Part shown: positions 8,884-19,622 of the stretch, in pieces | Position numbering within the stretch: the first letter of the stretch is position 1 | Layout of the letters: every line of letters begins with the position of its first letter | Assembly (NCBI GenBank): GCA_030539565.1 | Contig: JAUNYA010000001.1 | Location: 1 to 34,615, forward strand | Direction of reading: 5' to 3' | DNA length: 34,615 nucleotides | From: Thermoplasmata archaeon | GTDB taxonomy: Archaea > Thermoplasmatota > Thermoplasmata > Methanomassiliicoccales > Methanomethylophilaceae | Notes under the pieces: generated by a model | The model's input: the letters and a program-made list of their open reading frames with translations, nothing else | What the model was told of the DNA's origin: nothing | Database searches by the model: none | Position numbers and translations under genes: made by a program

Positions 8884-10332
8884 TCAATCCAGGAGGGCCT
8901 TCCAGCAGTTCGAGATGAGCTGCTTCTCCTGGCGGACGACCTCGTCGCGGAGCATCATCTGCTCCACGGCCTTCGAGATCTGCGCGTCGGTGGACGACGG
9001 CGCCGTGCCCCCGTAGGAGCAGCGCCTCTCGACGCACCTCTTCACGGGGAGTATGTCGAACACGTCCTCGGAGATCAGCGGGGAGAACTCCCTGAGCTGC
9101 TCCAGGGTCATGTCCTCCAGGTTCACGCCGGTGTCGATGCTCTTTCTGACGGCTGCGCCGACGATCCCGTGGGCCTCCCTGAACGGGATGCCCTTGGTGA
9201 CGAGGTAGTCGGCGAGGTCGGTGGCGTTGATCTGCCCGGCTGAGGTGACCTCGTACATGCGCTCGTTGTGGAACGTCGTCGTGGAGACGACCTTCGACAT
9301 CATCCCCGCGCTGGAGATCACGATGTCCATGGCGTCCATCACGGGCGCCTTGTCCTCCTGGAGGTCGCGGTTGTACGTCAGCGGCAGGCCCTTGGTCATG
9401 ACGAGCATGGCGGTGAGCGACCCTATGACCTGGCCGGTCTTCCCGCGGACGAGCTCGGCGATGTCCGGGTTCTTCTTCTGGGGCATGATCGACGAGCCGG
9501 TGGTGTAGCGGTCGTCCATCTCGATGAATGCGAACTCCTGCGAGGACCACAGCACGAGCTCCTCGCACAGCGAGGAGAGGTGCACCGCGGTCTGGGCGCA
9601 GCAGTAGGACAGCTCAGTGGCGAAGTCCCTGTCGCTTACCGAGTCCATGGAGTTCTCGGTGGGCTCCCTGAAGCCGAGGGCCTCGGAGGTCATGCCCCTG
9701 TCGATGGGGAACGTCGTTCCGGCGAGCGCCGCGGCGCCCAGGGGGCACTTGTCCATCCTCCTGAATGCGTCCAGGAACCTGTCCGCGTCGCGGGAGAACC
9801 TGAACGCGTGGGCCAGCATGTGCTGGGCGAGCGTCACGGGCTGGGCGTGCTGCATGTGGGTGAAGCCTGGCATGACGGTGTCGCCGTTCGTCTCCGCGAT
9901 GCGGACCAGGGACATCATCAGGCCGTTGACGGCCTCGGCCGCCTGGAGGGCGGCGTCCCTGAGGTACATGCGGAAGTCCGTCGCGACCTGGTCGTTCCTG
10001 CTCCTGGCGGTGTGCAGCTTGCCCCCGGCGGGGCCGATCGCCTCGGTGAGGGCGAACTCGATGCAGGTGTGCACGTCCTCGCGGGAGCGGTCGAACTCGA
10101 ACGTCCCGGCCTCGACGTCCTTCAGTATGACCTTGAGGCCGGCGGCTATCTTATCGGCGTCGTCCGCGGGGATGACCCCGCAGGCCTTCAGCATGCGCAC
10201 GTGCGCCAGCGACCCCATGACGTCGTAGAACGCCATGCGGGAGTCGGTGTCCAGGCTGCAGGTGAAGGCCAGGGTGGAGTCGTCCATCCCGCCCTCGAAC
10301 CTGCCGGACCAGAGGGCCTGCTTCAGGTTCAT
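8884..10332 (-). CDS. argH: Argininosuccinate lyase
   Basis: Starts MNLKQALWSGRF; LHTARSRNDQ, MPGFTHMQHAQP, GSSIMPQKKNPD; overlaps the argG stop. Confidence 0.96.
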   Translation of the reverse strand: MNLKQALWSGRFEGGMDDSTLAFTCSLDTDSRMAFYDVMGSLAHVRMLKACGVIPADDADKIAAGLKVILKDVEAGTFEFDRSREDVHTCIEFALTEAIGPAGGKLHTARSRNDQVATDFRMYLRDAALQAAEAVNGLMMSLVRIAETNGDTVMPGFTHMQHAQPVTLAQHMLAHAFRFSRDADRFLDAFRRMDKCPLGAAALAGTTFPIDRGMTSEALGFREPTENSMDSVSDRDFATELSYCCAQTAVHLSSLCEELVLWSSQEFAFIEMDDRYTTGSSIMPQKKNPDIAELVRGKTGQVIGSLTAMLVMTKGLPLTYNRDLQEDKAPVMDAMDIVISSAGMMSKVVSTTTFHNERMYEVTSAGQINATDLADYLVTKGIPFREAHGIVGAAVRKSIDTGVNLEDMTLEQLREFSPLISEDVFDILPVKRCVERRCSYGGTAPSSTDAQISKAVEQMMLRDEVVRQEKQLISNCWKALLD

Positions 10333-11669
10333 CCCTTCTTGGTTGCGCACTTCCTCTTGGCGGGCTTGGGCGCGTGGGCCTTGGTGACGGTCCTGCCGGG
10401 CAGCCCCCAGACGTAGATGAAGCCGACCGCGGAGGTGTGGTCGAAGCTGTCGCCGGAGGCGTAGGTGCTCAGGCCCTCGTCGTAGAGGGACACGGGCGAC
10501 TTGCGGCCGACGACGACGGCCTGGCCCTTGTACAGCTTGACCCTGACGGTTCCGGTGACGTGCTCCTGGGTGGAGTCGATGAACGCGTCGATGGGCTCCC
10601 TCAGGCCACCGAACCACAGCCCGTCGTAGACGATCTGGGAGTACTTCTGCTCCATCCCGCGCTTGAACTCGATGACGTCCCTGGGGAGGGTGAGGGCCTC
10701 GAGGGCGCGGTGGGCGGTGACCAATGTCACAGCCGCGGGGCACTCGTAGGTCTCCCTGCTCTTGATGCCGACCAGGCGGTCCTCCACGTGGTCGATCCTG
10801 CCGACGCCGTTGTCGCCGGCGATCTTGTCCAGCTTCTCGATGAGGGCGACGCCGCCCATCTTCTTCCCGTTCAGGGACACGGGGATCCCCTTCTCGAACC
10901 CGATCTCCACGTAGGTGGGCTTGTCGGGCGCGTCCTCGGGGTCCACGGTGTTCTCCCAGACGTCCTTGGGGGGCTCCGCCCAGGGGTCCTCCAGGATGCC
11001 GCACTCGCACGACGCCCCCCAGAGGTTCTCGTCCCTGGAGTAGGGGCTCTCCTTCTTCACGATGATCTCGATGCCGTGCTGCTTGGCGTAGTCGATCTCC
11101 TCCTCGCGGGTGGTGTGCCACTCGCGCATGGGAGCGATGACCTTCAGGGTGGGGTCGAGGGTGACGATGCCCACATCGAACCTCACCTGGTCGTTGCCCT
11201 TGCCGGTGCAGCCGTGGGCGATGTACTTGGCGCCCTCCTGCTGGGCGACCTCTACGAGCTTCTTCGCGATGAGGGGCCTGCCGATGGCGGTGCTCAGGGG
11301 GTAGATGTTCTGGTAGAGGGCGTTGGCCTTCAGGGAGGGCCAGACGTACTCGTCGACGAACTCGTCCCTGACGTCGATGAAGTCGGATTTGATGGCGCCG
11401 TTCCTGAGGGCGCGGGCCACGATGTCGTCGGAGCTCGGGGGCTGCCCGAGGTTGAGGGCGATGGCGATGACGTCGACGTCGTACTTGTCCTGGAGCCAGT
11501 GGATGGCCACGGAGGTGTCCAGTCCGCCGGAGTAGGCGAGGACGACCTTGTCCCTCGCCTTCGTCGTCTTCGCGGCGGGCTTCTTGGTGGTTGTCGTCTT
11601 CTTCGCTGCGGTCGTCTTGGTGGAGGCCGCGGCGGTCTTCTTGGCGGGTGCTTTCTTGGCTGCTGCCAT
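10329..11669 (-). CDS. argG: Argininosuccinate synthase with Lys/Ala/Thr-rich N-terminal extension
   Basis: VLAYSGGLDTS, HGCTGKGNDQVRF, SRDENLWG, GIKSRETYE; start taken at MAAAKK, about 30 nt below a TTTATT box. Confidence 0.95.
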   Translation of the reverse strand: MAAAKKAPAKKTAAASTKTTAAKKTTTTKKPAAKTTKARDKVVLAYSGGLDTSVAIHWLQDKYDVDVIAIALNLGQPPSSDDIVARALRNGAIKSDFIDVRDEFVDEYVWPSLKANALYQNIYPLSTAIGRPLIAKKLVEVAQQEGAKYIAHGCTGKGNDQVRFDVGIVTLDPTLKVIAPMREWHTTREEEIDYAKQHGIEIIVKKESPYSRDENLWGASCECGILEDPWAEPPKDVWENTVDPEDAPDKPTYVEIGFEKGIPVSLNGKKMGGVALIEKLDKIAGDNGVGRIDHVEDRLVGIKSRETYECPAAVTLVTAHRALEALTLPRDVIEFKRGMEQKYSQIVYDGLWFGGLREPIDAFIDSTQEHVTGTVRVKLYKGQAVVVGRKSPVSLYDEGLSTYASGDSFDHTSAVGFIYVWGLPGRTVTKAHAPKPAKRKCATKKG

Positions 11670-11973
11670 ATCGATCGGCACCGAGAGCCTTTTCCATCGT
11701 AATAAACTTGGTTGCACTGCGGGATATGCGATGTGTCCATTATCGGTCAACGCGTGTCGGGGCTTTCACCGGGAGGTTCGGGATGTCCGATGTCCGCACG
11801 CCGGAAACGTGCCGGAACGACGCGTTCGCACGGGGACTCGGGGGTCTCCACGGCGCCATTGCGTCCCTCTGGGAACGACGGGGGATTCTTATGTTCCATT
11901 TCGGACAATATGCCGACCATACCTTTAATTCCCGTTCCACCGTCGTCTTCGGTATAAAACAGGAGAGCCGTTC

Positions 11974-12990
11974 ATGACAGGCATAGGCATCATCGGAGGC
12001 ACGGGGTACACGGGCGGCGAGCTCGCCCGCCTGCTCTGCAGGCACCCCGACGTGGAGATCCGCGCCATGACATCCCGCCAGAACGCGGGCAGGCCCGTGT
12101 CCGAGGTACACCCCTACCTAAGGGGCTACACCGATATAGAGTTCACCGAGAGGATCTCCGACACCGACGGCCTCGACCTCGTGTTCGTCGCCACGCCGCA
12201 CGGCGTCGCCATGTCCGAGGTGCCGAGGCTCCTGGAGAACGGCGTGAAGGTCATCGACCTGTCCGGCGACTACCGCCTGCACGACACCGCCGAGTATTCC
12301 AAGTGGTACGGCCACGAGCACACCGACGAGGAGAACCTCCGGAACGCGGTGTACGGCCTGCCGGAGCTCTTCCGCGACAAGATTCGCGGGGCGGACCTCG
12401 TGGCCAACCCCGGATGCTACGCGACGTCGGCGATCCTCGCCTGCGCCCCGCTGATGAAATCCGGGCTGGTGTCCGAGTCGGTCGTCGTGGATTCCAAATC
12501 AGGCACGTCCGGCGCGGGCATGGTGCCCTCCGCCAGGACCCACCACCCCAACTGCTCCGGATCGGTGATCCCGTACAGCGTGGGGTCCCACCGCCACACC
12601 CCGGAGATCGAGATGGCCGTGGACATGTTCGCCGGCTCGCACATGAGCCTGACGTTCGTCCCGCACCTCGTCCCGATAGTGCGCGGCATCCTGTCCGACT
12701 GCTACTTCGACCTCCTGAAGGACGTCACCCAGGAGGAGGTCGACGCCGTGTACGAGGCGCAGTACGGGAAGGAGCGCTTCGTCCACTATGTCAGCGAGCC
12801 GTCTGTCCGCGAGGTCGCCGGCTCCAACCACGCCGAGGTCGCCTCCCGCGTCCTCGGATCGAAGGCGGTCGCCTTCGGAACGCTGGACAACCTCGTGAAG
12901 GGCGCCTCGGGACAGGCGGTCCAGTGCATGAACCTGATGCTCAACATCGACGAGTCGGCCGGGCTCGACTTCCCCGGCCTGGGAGTCTGA
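11974..12990 (+). CDS. argC: N-acetyl-gamma-glutamyl-phosphate reductase
   Basis: GGTGYTGGEL, ANPGCY, SGTSGAG, DNLVKGASGQAVQ. Confidence 0.96.
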   Translation: MTGIGIIGGTGYTGGELARLLCRHPDVEIRAMTSRQNAGRPVSEVHPYLRGYTDIEFTERISDTDGLDLVFVATPHGVAMSEVPRLLENGVKVIDLSGDYRLHDTAEYSKWYGHEHTDEENLRNAVYGLPELFRDKIRGADLVANPGCYATSAILACAPLMKSGLVSESVVVDSKSGTSGAGMVPSARTHHPNCSGSVIPYSVGSHRHTPEIEMAVDMFAGSHMSLTFVPHLVPIVRGILSDCYFDLLKDVTQEEVDAVYEAQYGKERFVHYVSEPSVREVAGSNHAEVASRVLGSKAVAFGTLDNLVKGASGQAVQCMNLMLNIDESAGLDFPGLGV

Positions 12991-12994
12991 TACC

Positions 12995-14221
12995 ATGGTA
13001 GAGAAAGTAGACGGCGGGATCACCACCCCGCAGGGATTCAAGGCGGCCGGCGTCCACAGCGGTGTCAAGTACCGCTCCCTGGACCTGGGGATGCTCTTCT
13101 CGGAGGTCCCCGCCACCGCGTACTGCGCTTACACCAGCAACAACGTCAAGGCCGCCCCGGTGCAGGTGATGATGGAGGAGAACTCCCCCCAGCTGCAGGC
13201 CGTCGTGGTCAACAGCGGGAACGCCAACGCGCTGACCGGGCACAGGGGCATCGAGGACGTCCATGCGATGAAGCAGGCCGTCGCCCAGGAGCTCAACCTG
13301 GACCCGAAGCTCGTCGGCGTGATGTCAACCGGCCTGATCGGCCGCTTCCTGGACATGCACAAGATCCGCTACGGCATCTCCCGCGCCGCCAGGGCGCTGG
13401 ACGTGGGCCCCGGCCCCGACCAGTCCATCGAGGGCGCGATCATGACCACCGACACCATCCCGAAGGAGTGCGCCGTGCGCGCCAGGCTCTCGGACGGGAC
13501 GCTCGTCTACGTGGCGGCGATCTCCAAGGGGAGCGGTATGATCTCCCCGCACATGAAGGTTCTCCACGGGACAACGCTGACGCTCATCGCCACAGACGCG
13601 ACGCTGGGACCCGACTTCGGGGAGGTCTGGCAGTCCATCCTCGACGACACCATGAACATGGTCTCCGTCGACGGCGACCAGTCGACGAACGACACGGCGA
13701 TCCTCCTGGCGAACGGCATGTCCGGCGGGAAGCCGGCGGACCACGACCCCGAGTTCGAGGCCGCTCTCCGCACGGTGATGACGAACATCGCCCGCACCAT
13801 CGCCATGGACGGCGAGGGTGCGTCTAAGCTGATCGAGGTCCAGGTCACCGGAGCGGAGACGCACGAGGACGCCGTCGCTGTCGTGAAGGCCATCACCAAC
13901 TCCCCGCTCGTCAAGTCCGCCATATTCGGCGCGGACCCCAACTACGGCCGTATGATGATGGCCGTCGGGAACAGCGGCGCGAAGTTCGATCCGGAGAACA
14001 TCCGCCTGACCATCAAGGGCGGGGACATGGAGGTCCCGATCCTGGATTCCGGGGCGCCCGTCTTCCAGGACGAGCGCGCCGTGGAGGTCGTCCGCATGGC
14101 CATGGACAACAAGGAGGTCTCCGTACTGGTGGACCTCGGAGTCGGGAAGGAGGCGGCCACCGGATGGGGCTGCGACCTCACGTACGATTACGTCCGCATC
14201 AACGCGGAGTACGCCAGCTGA
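12995..14221 (+). CDS. argJ: Ornithine acetyltransferase / N-acetylglutamate synthase
   Basis: NSGNANA, IMTTDT, KGSGMI, DGDQSTND, DGEGASK, WGCDLTYDYVRINAEY. Confidence 0.95.
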   Translation: MVEKVDGGITTPQGFKAAGVHSGVKYRSLDLGMLFSEVPATAYCAYTSNNVKAAPVQVMMEENSPQLQAVVVNSGNANALTGHRGIEDVHAMKQAVAQELNLDPKLVGVMSTGLIGRFLDMHKIRYGISRAARALDVGPGPDQSIEGAIMTTDTIPKECAVRARLSDGTLVYVAAISKGSGMISPHMKVLHGTTLTLIATDATLGPDFGEVWQSILDDTMNMVSVDGDQSTNDTAILLANGMSGGKPADHDPEFEAALRTVMTNIARTIAMDGEGASKLIEVQVTGAETHEDAVAVVKAITNSPLVKSAIFGADPNYGRMMMAVGNSGAKFDPENIRLTIKGGDMEVPILDSGAPVFQDERAVEVVRMAMDNKEVSVLVDLGVGKEAATGWGCDLTYDYVRINAEYAS

Positions 14222-14230
14222 GGCCTCGGC

Positions 14231-15034
14231 ATGGACGGACTGTACCTGTTGAAGTTCGGCGGCAACGCGATACGCGGCCGCGACGACATGATGCGCCTCT
14301 CCAAGGAGGTCGCGGAGCTCATAGCCGGGGGATGCAGGGTCATCCTCGTCCACGGCGGGGGCCCGGAGATCTCGGAGGAGATGGAGCGCAGGGGTATGAC
14401 CCCCAGGAAGGTCGCCGGCGTCAGGGTCACCGACGCGGAGTCACTGGAGGTTGCGGAGATCGTCCTCCGTAGGATCAACTCCGAGGTGGTTGAGTGCCTG
14501 AGGGACTGCGGCGTCACCGCCGTCGGGTACCCCGGGTACTTCTGCACCGTGTGCGCGAAGAAGCCCCCCGTGAAGGTCGATGGAGAGGAGGTGGACCTCG
14601 GCCTTGTGGGCGAGGTGTCCGGCACCGACCCGAGCAGCATCATGGATCTGCTGGAGAGCGGCATCACGCCCGTCGTCTACCCCATAGGGAAGGACGCCGA
14701 GGGCAGGATGCTCAACGTGAACGCCGACACCATGGCCGCAGGGATATCCGCGGGCGTGGGATGCGACGAGATGATCACGATAACCGACGTGCCCGGCATC
14801 CTGCTGGACGTCAACGACCCGTCCTCCAAGGTGGACGAGCTGTCCCTCGCAAGGGTGGACGAGCTCATCGCCGACGGCACGATATCCGGCGGCATGATCC
14901 CCAAGGTGGAGGCCTGCCGCAAGGCCCTGGAGGCCGGGGCCGGCGCGGTCCGCATGGTAAACGGGAAGGATCAGCGCAACATAGTTTCCGATATAATCAG
15001 GGGGGTCCACCACGGGACCCTCATCACCAGGTGA
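14231..15034 (+). CDS. argB: Acetylglutamate kinase
   Basis: KFGGNA, VHGGGP, NVNADT, GGMIPK. Confidence 0.95.
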   Translation: MDGLYLLKFGGNAIRGRDDMMRLSKEVAELIAGGCRVILVHGGGPEISEEMERRGMTPRKVAGVRVTDAESLEVAEIVLRRINSEVVECLRDCGVTAVGYPGYFCTVCAKKPPVKVDGEEVDLGLVGEVSGTDPSSIMDLLESGITPVVYPIGKDAEGRMLNVNADTMAAGISAGVGCDEMITITDVPGILLDVNDPSSKVDELSLARVDELIADGTISGGMIPKVEACRKALEAGAGAVRMVNGKDQRNIVSDIIRGVHHGTLITR

Positions 15035-15040
15035 GAACAC

Positions 15041-16219
15041 ATGGCATCGTTCGATGAGATCAAGGAGAAGTCCGACAGGTACCTGTTCCACAACTACGGC
15101 AGGATCGACCTGGCGTTCACCCACGGGGAGGGCTGCTACCTCTACGGCACCGACGGCAGGAGGTATCTGGACCTCGTCGCCGGCATCGCGGTGAACGCGC
15201 TGGGATACGCCCACCCCGACTGGGTGAGGGCGGTCCAGGACCAGGCCGCTAAGATGGCGCACGTGTCCAACCAGTACCACGTGGAGCAGCAGGCCGAGCT
15301 GGCCGAGAGGATCGCGTCCATCGCGCCCGGCGACATCGGCAAGTCGCTGTTCGTGAACAGCGGAGCGGAGGCCAACGAGGCGGCACTGAAGATGGCCGTC
15401 AAGTACACCGGCCGCGGCAAGGTCATGTCCGCCCTGAACGGGTTCCACGGAAGGACCGCCGCCTCGCTCGGCGCGACGGGCCAGACCAAGTACCAGTCCG
15501 GGTTCGAGCCCCTCATATCGGATGCGTACGAGTACTACGAGTACGGGAACGCCGAGTCCGTGAAGAGGATGATCACCAAGCAGGTGGCCGCCGTCATGGT
15601 CGAGCCCGTGCAGGGCGAGGGCGGCGTCGTCACCGCCCCGGCGGAGTTCTTCAAGACCGTCCGTGACCTGTGCACCGACTGCGGGGCGCTCATGATCATC
15701 GACGAGGTGCAGACCGGCATCGGACGCACCGGCGAGTGGTTCGGCATCCAGAACTTCGGCGTCATCCCCGACGCGGTCACCATGGCGAAGGCCCTGGGAG
15801 GGGGCGTGCCCATAGGCGCGCTCGCCACCACCGACGAGTTCGCGTCCACCATGACGCCCGGCACACACGGCACCACATTCGGAGGGAGCCCCCTGGTGTG
15901 CGCCGCGGGATGCGCGACGCTCGACGTCATGAAGAGGGACCGCCTGGTGGAGCACTCCAAGGCCCTGGGCGAGAAGTGGAGGTCCGACATCAGGGCGATC
16001 GGCTCGCCCAGCATCGTCGATGTCCGCGGGTACGGCCTGATGATCGGCATCGAGATGGACTCTGCAGAGACGGCGTCCCGCGTGCAGAGGGAGTGCAGGG
16101 AGAACGGCATCCTGGTCAACGTGGCGCACGGCAAGACCATCCGCCTGGTGCCCCCGCTCATAATCACGGAGGAGCAGGCTGGCGGGTTCACCGACATGCT
16201 CCGCGGCATCCTCTCCTGA
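15041..16219 (+). CDS. argD: Acetylornithine aminotransferase
   Basis: NSGAEANE, GFHGRT, EPVQGEGG, DEVQTGIGRTG, AKALGGG; last gene of argCJBD. Confidence 0.93.
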   Translation: MASFDEIKEKSDRYLFHNYGRIDLAFTHGEGCYLYGTDGRRYLDLVAGIAVNALGYAHPDWVRAVQDQAAKMAHVSNQYHVEQQAELAERIASIAPGDIGKSLFVNSGAEANEAALKMAVKYTGRGKVMSALNGFHGRTAASLGATGQTKYQSGFEPLISDAYEYYEYGNAESVKRMITKQVAAVMVEPVQGEGGVVTAPAEFFKTVRDLCTDCGALMIIDEVQTGIGRTGEWFGIQNFGVIPDAVTMAKALGGGVPIGALATTDEFASTMTPGTHGTTFGGSPLVCAAGCATLDVMKRDRLVEHSKALGEKWRSDIRAIGSPSIVDVRGYGLMIGIEMDSAETASRVQRECRENGILVNVAHGKTIRLVPPLIITEEQAGGFTDMLRGILS

Positions 16220-16309
16220 GCCGACAAGGGTGTCGGCATACCAAACCTTTTACCCTTATCATTGTCCGCAGTCGGACACCTAATATACTACCAGACCCAT
16301 CACGCCAGC

Positions 16310-16999
16310 ATGCCCAAGAGCCCTGTGAAGGAGAGTCTGGCCGAGCGCACCCGCATGTACATCGATGCGCACCCCAGCATCAAGGACTGCGTGTCGAAGG
16401 GCCTCATCAACTACTCGTCCCTCGCCAGGACGATCATGAAGGACCTCGGGGTCGACAACGAGGAGGCCGTGATGATCGCGTGCCGCAGGTACTCGTCCAA
16501 GCTCTCGGTCACAACGGACCACGAGCTGAGCATCCTGAGGATCCTGAAGGACAGCAGGCTGGAGATGCGCACCAAGACCTGCATCGTGACCGCCAAGAAC
16601 GACTGGTCCGTCCTCCACAAGATGGACAACCTGTTCAAGGACCTGTGGAACGAGGACAGCATCATGCAGTGCGTCCAGTCCGCGTCTGCGGTGACGATCA
16701 TCGCGGACACCCGCCTCAGGGACAGGATCATCGACACCGTGGGAAGGTTCAACCTGATCAAGGTGAGGGAGAACCTCGTCGAGATCGCCGTCAAGTCCCC
16801 GGAGAAGATCGTGGACACCAGCGGTGTGATCGCGTACCTGATCACCAATCTCTCCGATGCGGGCATCAACATCGAGGAGACCGTCAGCTGCCACACCGAC
16901 ACGATATTCATCGTCGGCGAGTCCGACATGATCAACGCCTACTCGGTGCTCACCAAGTGCATCCAGTCGGCGGAGGAGACCGTCGGGAACGAGCAGTGA
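16310..16999 (+). CDS. Archaeal ACT-domain protein with helical N-terminal domain
   Basis: [11 protein letters not shown]-terminus and C-terminal ACT (GVIAYL...AGINIEE..SCHTD); TAATATA box about 29 nt upstream of the ATG. Confidence 0.8.
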   Translation: MPKSPVKESLAERTRMYIDAHPSIKDCVSKGLINYSSLARTIMKDLGVDNEEAVMIACRRYSSKLSVTTDHELSILRILKDSRLEMRTKTCIVTAKNDWSVLHKMDNLFKDLWNEDSIMQCVQSASAVTIIADTRLRDRIIDTVGRFNLIKVRENLVEIAVKSPEKIVDTSGVIAYLITNLSDAGINIEETVSCHTDTIFIVGESDMINAYSVLTKCIQSAEETVGNEQ

Positions 17000-17885
17000 T
17001 CCGATCCTCCGAGCAGGCCCTCTCCGTTACGGAGATGGTGTCCTCAACCAGCTCTCTGTAGTGCTCCGCTCCAGGGAAGTCGGATGCGACGAACTCTTTG
17101 GAGACGTTCATCATGGCTCCCAGGAGGCCGACGTCGCACAGGCGCGTCCCGCCGGCGGTGCCGTGGACCAGCCCCTCCCAGGTGAGCAGCCCGAGTGTCG
17201 TCTTGTACCATTTAGGGCACACCTCTCCCCGCATCAGCGCGGGCAGGGGACCCCAGACGTTCGTCGGTCTGCCGGTGGCCCTGTAGACCCTCCCAGAGAT
17301 ATCACAGCCGTATCCGAACAGGATGTTATTCTGGATCCGTCTGACCCTTTCCGCATCCCTGTCGGAGGCCCATGCCGAGACGGCTCCCGGGATGCCGCCG
17401 GTGAATATGTACTCTTTGCGGAGCATTTCGGTCACCTCCCGCTCCCCGCATGCGGTGGCCCACTCGCCCAGGCTCATCGGGCGCATGGTAGTCACTGGGA
17501 TGCCTTTCGGTACCCTGATCCTCGGGAGCGTGACGCATATCACGTGGATGCGGGGGCGGTCCCGGCTGATGCGCCTCAGGCACTCGATCGCCCCGGGGGA
17601 TGCTTGGATCCCATCCACAATCAGCAACGTGCCGTCGTCGATCGATGTGTTTCCGATCTCCGCCAGTTTGTCCAGCGTCATCTCGGTGTCAAGGCTCCCA
17701 TCCAGGACATTCGACACCGTAGGGTTCAAGACCAGATCGAAGTACGCCGTGTTCGGGTATCTGGTCGTCCCGAACTCCTTCACGGTATGGGTCTTGCCGC
17801 ACGTGTGTATGCCGCGGATCAAGAGTGGCTTCCCTCCAGGATCCCTCTTCCAATTGTCTAGACGTTCCATGATAGAGCGTTCCAC
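16950..17885 (-). CDS. Degenerate AAA_14/DUF4143-like ATPase (possible pseudogene)
   Basis: [12 protein letters not shown]...[38 protein letters not shown]; altered Walker motifs and short length; first in-frame CGA at 16985-16983. Confidence 0.65.
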   Translation of the reverse strand: MERSIMERLDNWKRDPGGKPLLIRGIHTCGKTHTVKEFGTTRYPNTAYFDLVLNPTVSNVLDGSLDTEMTLDKLAEIGNTSIDDGTLLIVDGIQASPGAIECLRRISRDRPRIHVICVTLPRIRVPKGIPVTTMRPMSLGEWATACGEREVTEMLRKEYIFTGGIPGAVSAWASDRDAERVRRIQNNILFGYGCDISGRVYRATGRPTNVWGPLPALMRGEVCPKWYKTTLGLLTWEGLVHGTAGGTRLCDVGLLGAMMNVSKEFVASDFPGAEHYRELVEDTISVTERACSEDRITARSRRSPPPTGCTW

Positions 17886-18003
17886 AATTGCTGTACAGCA
17901 TTGACTGTATACAATTGTTATTATCCAACGGGGCTGTTGTGCGGTCAAGTTTATGGTAATCCTCTTATAGTGTGCCGTGTTAGCACGTAGCACGGTGAAA
18001 GGA

Positions 18004-18846
18004 ATGTTCGGCAAGAACATCAGGATGGAGAGGATCATAGACAGGGAGAGCGGGAACGCGGTCATCGTGCCGCTGGACCACGGAATCAGCGTGGGCCCGA
18101 TCCCCGGTCTCATAGATATGAAACAGACGGTCAGCGACGTCGTCGACGGCGGGGCCACGGCCGTGCTCATGCACAAAGGGATAGTCCCCAAGGGGCACAG
18201 GACCACCGGCCATGACGTCGGTCTGATCCTTCATCTGTCGGCCTCCACGGACCTCGGCATCAGCTCCAACAGCAAGGTTCTGGTCGCCACGGTGGAGGAG
18301 GCCCTGAAGCTCGGAGCCGATGCGGTCTCGATGCACATCAACGTCGGAGCCGAGACGGAGTCGCAGATGCTGGAGAACCTCGGCATGGTGTCCGGGAAGT
18401 GCGAGGAGTGGGGGATGCCGCTGATCGTCATGGCGTACCCCCGCGGTCCCAAGATCGAGAACTCCTTCGATCCCTCCGCGGTCGCCCACGCGGCGCGTGT
18501 AGCAATGGAGCTGGGTGCGGACATCGTCAAGTGCAGCTACACCGGCGACATCGACTCCTTCCGCGAGGTCGTCAGGGGCACCATGGTGCCCGTGGTCATC
18601 GCCGGGGGGCCGAAGATGGAGTCCGACATGGACATCCTCAACATGGTCCACGACTCGCTGGAGGCGGGAGGACACGGCGTGTCCATCGGCAGGAACGTGT
18701 TCCAGCACAGGGACGTCAGGGGCATAATGTCCGCCATATCGGACATCGTCCTCCACGGGGCCACCGTGGAGGAGGCCGCCAAGCATCTTGGTAACCGACG
18801 GGTTACTGCGCGGGATAAATACTCCAGGCCCGATTCATATCCGTGA
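18004..18846 (+). CDS. Class I aldolase, 2-amino-3,7-dideoxy-D-threo-hept-6-ulosonate synthase (AroA')/DhnA family
   Basis: [40 protein letters not shown]; family similarity ends at AAKHLGN just before CGA 18796-18798. Confidence 0.88.
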   Translation: MFGKNIRMERIIDRESGNAVIVPLDHGISVGPIPGLIDMKQTVSDVVDGGATAVLMHKGIVPKGHRTTGHDVGLILHLSASTDLGISSNSKVLVATVEEALKLGADAVSMHINVGAETESQMLENLGMVSGKCEEWGMPLIVMAYPRGPKIENSFDPSAVAHAARVAMELGADIVKCSYTGDIDSFREVVRGTMVPVVIAGGPKMESDMDILNMVHDSLEAGGHGVSIGRNVFQHRDVRGIMSAISDIVLHGATVEEAAKHLGNRRVTARDKYSRPDSYP

Positions 18847-19622
18847 ACCAGGCTGATGACGCCGCCAGCAGGCGCTACCTCATAGGTGAGCTCCTGTCGG
18901 AGCGGCCCGAATACGGGGACGTGCGGATCCCCGGCGACGCGGAGGGGCAGCGCACGCTCCTCCGCTCGCTCCTCAACGTGCGCCCTCCCGCACCCGTTTC
19001 CGCGGACTTCCTGAGGGTGCAGGACGCCTACCTGAAAGGGGAGATCGAGCGCGCGGGGATCACCGACTACCATGATCTCGCTCCTGTCAGGGATCACACG
19101 TACCTCTGGAGGGGCGACATCACCACCCTGCGCTGCGACGCCATCGTCAACGCGGCCAACAGCGGGATGCTGGGATGCTTCGTCCCATGCCACAGGTGCA
19201 TAGACAACGCCATACACACCTTCGCCGGGGTACAGCTGAGGGCGGCCTGCGCCGATATCATGCGTGTCCAGGGGCATCCGGAGGAGACCGGCACGGCGAA
19301 GATCACGCCCGCGTACAACCTGCCGTGCTCATACGTCGTGCACACGGTGGGCCCGATAGTCCAGGGAAGGCTCACGAGCAGGCACGAGGTGCTATTGGAA
19401 TCATGCTACCGCTCCTGCCTCGAGATCGCCGACGAGAACGGCCTGGGCAGCATAGCATTCTGCTGCATATCGACCGGTGAGTTCCATTTCCCGGACAGGA
19501 GGGCCGCCGAGATCGCGGTGGCGACGGTGGACTCGTACAGGGAGCGCACGGGCAGCGACATGGATGTGATATTCGATGTTTTCAAGGAATCAGACCTGTC
19601 AATCTATGAGGACCTGCTCCGA
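18843..19622 (+). CDS. Zinc-containing macrodomain (protein-ADP-ribose hydrolase), SirTM-associated
   Basis: WRGDIT, IVNAANS, GCFVPCHRCIDNAIH (Zn loop), HTVGP, CISTGEFHFP. End given at CGA after YEDLL; the standard-code ORF runs to 20162 inside the sirtuin. Confidence 0.88.

Noticed and set aside
8884-11697. 937-aa ORF as an ArgG-ArgH fusion
   Set aside because: The N-terminal half is an off-frame reading of argG; ArgH similarity begins at 10332
11710-11930. Structured ncRNA or riboswitch in the arg intergenic region
   Set aside because: Only short repeats (GATGTCCGATGTCCG) and weak stems; no recognisable family; needs a covariance search
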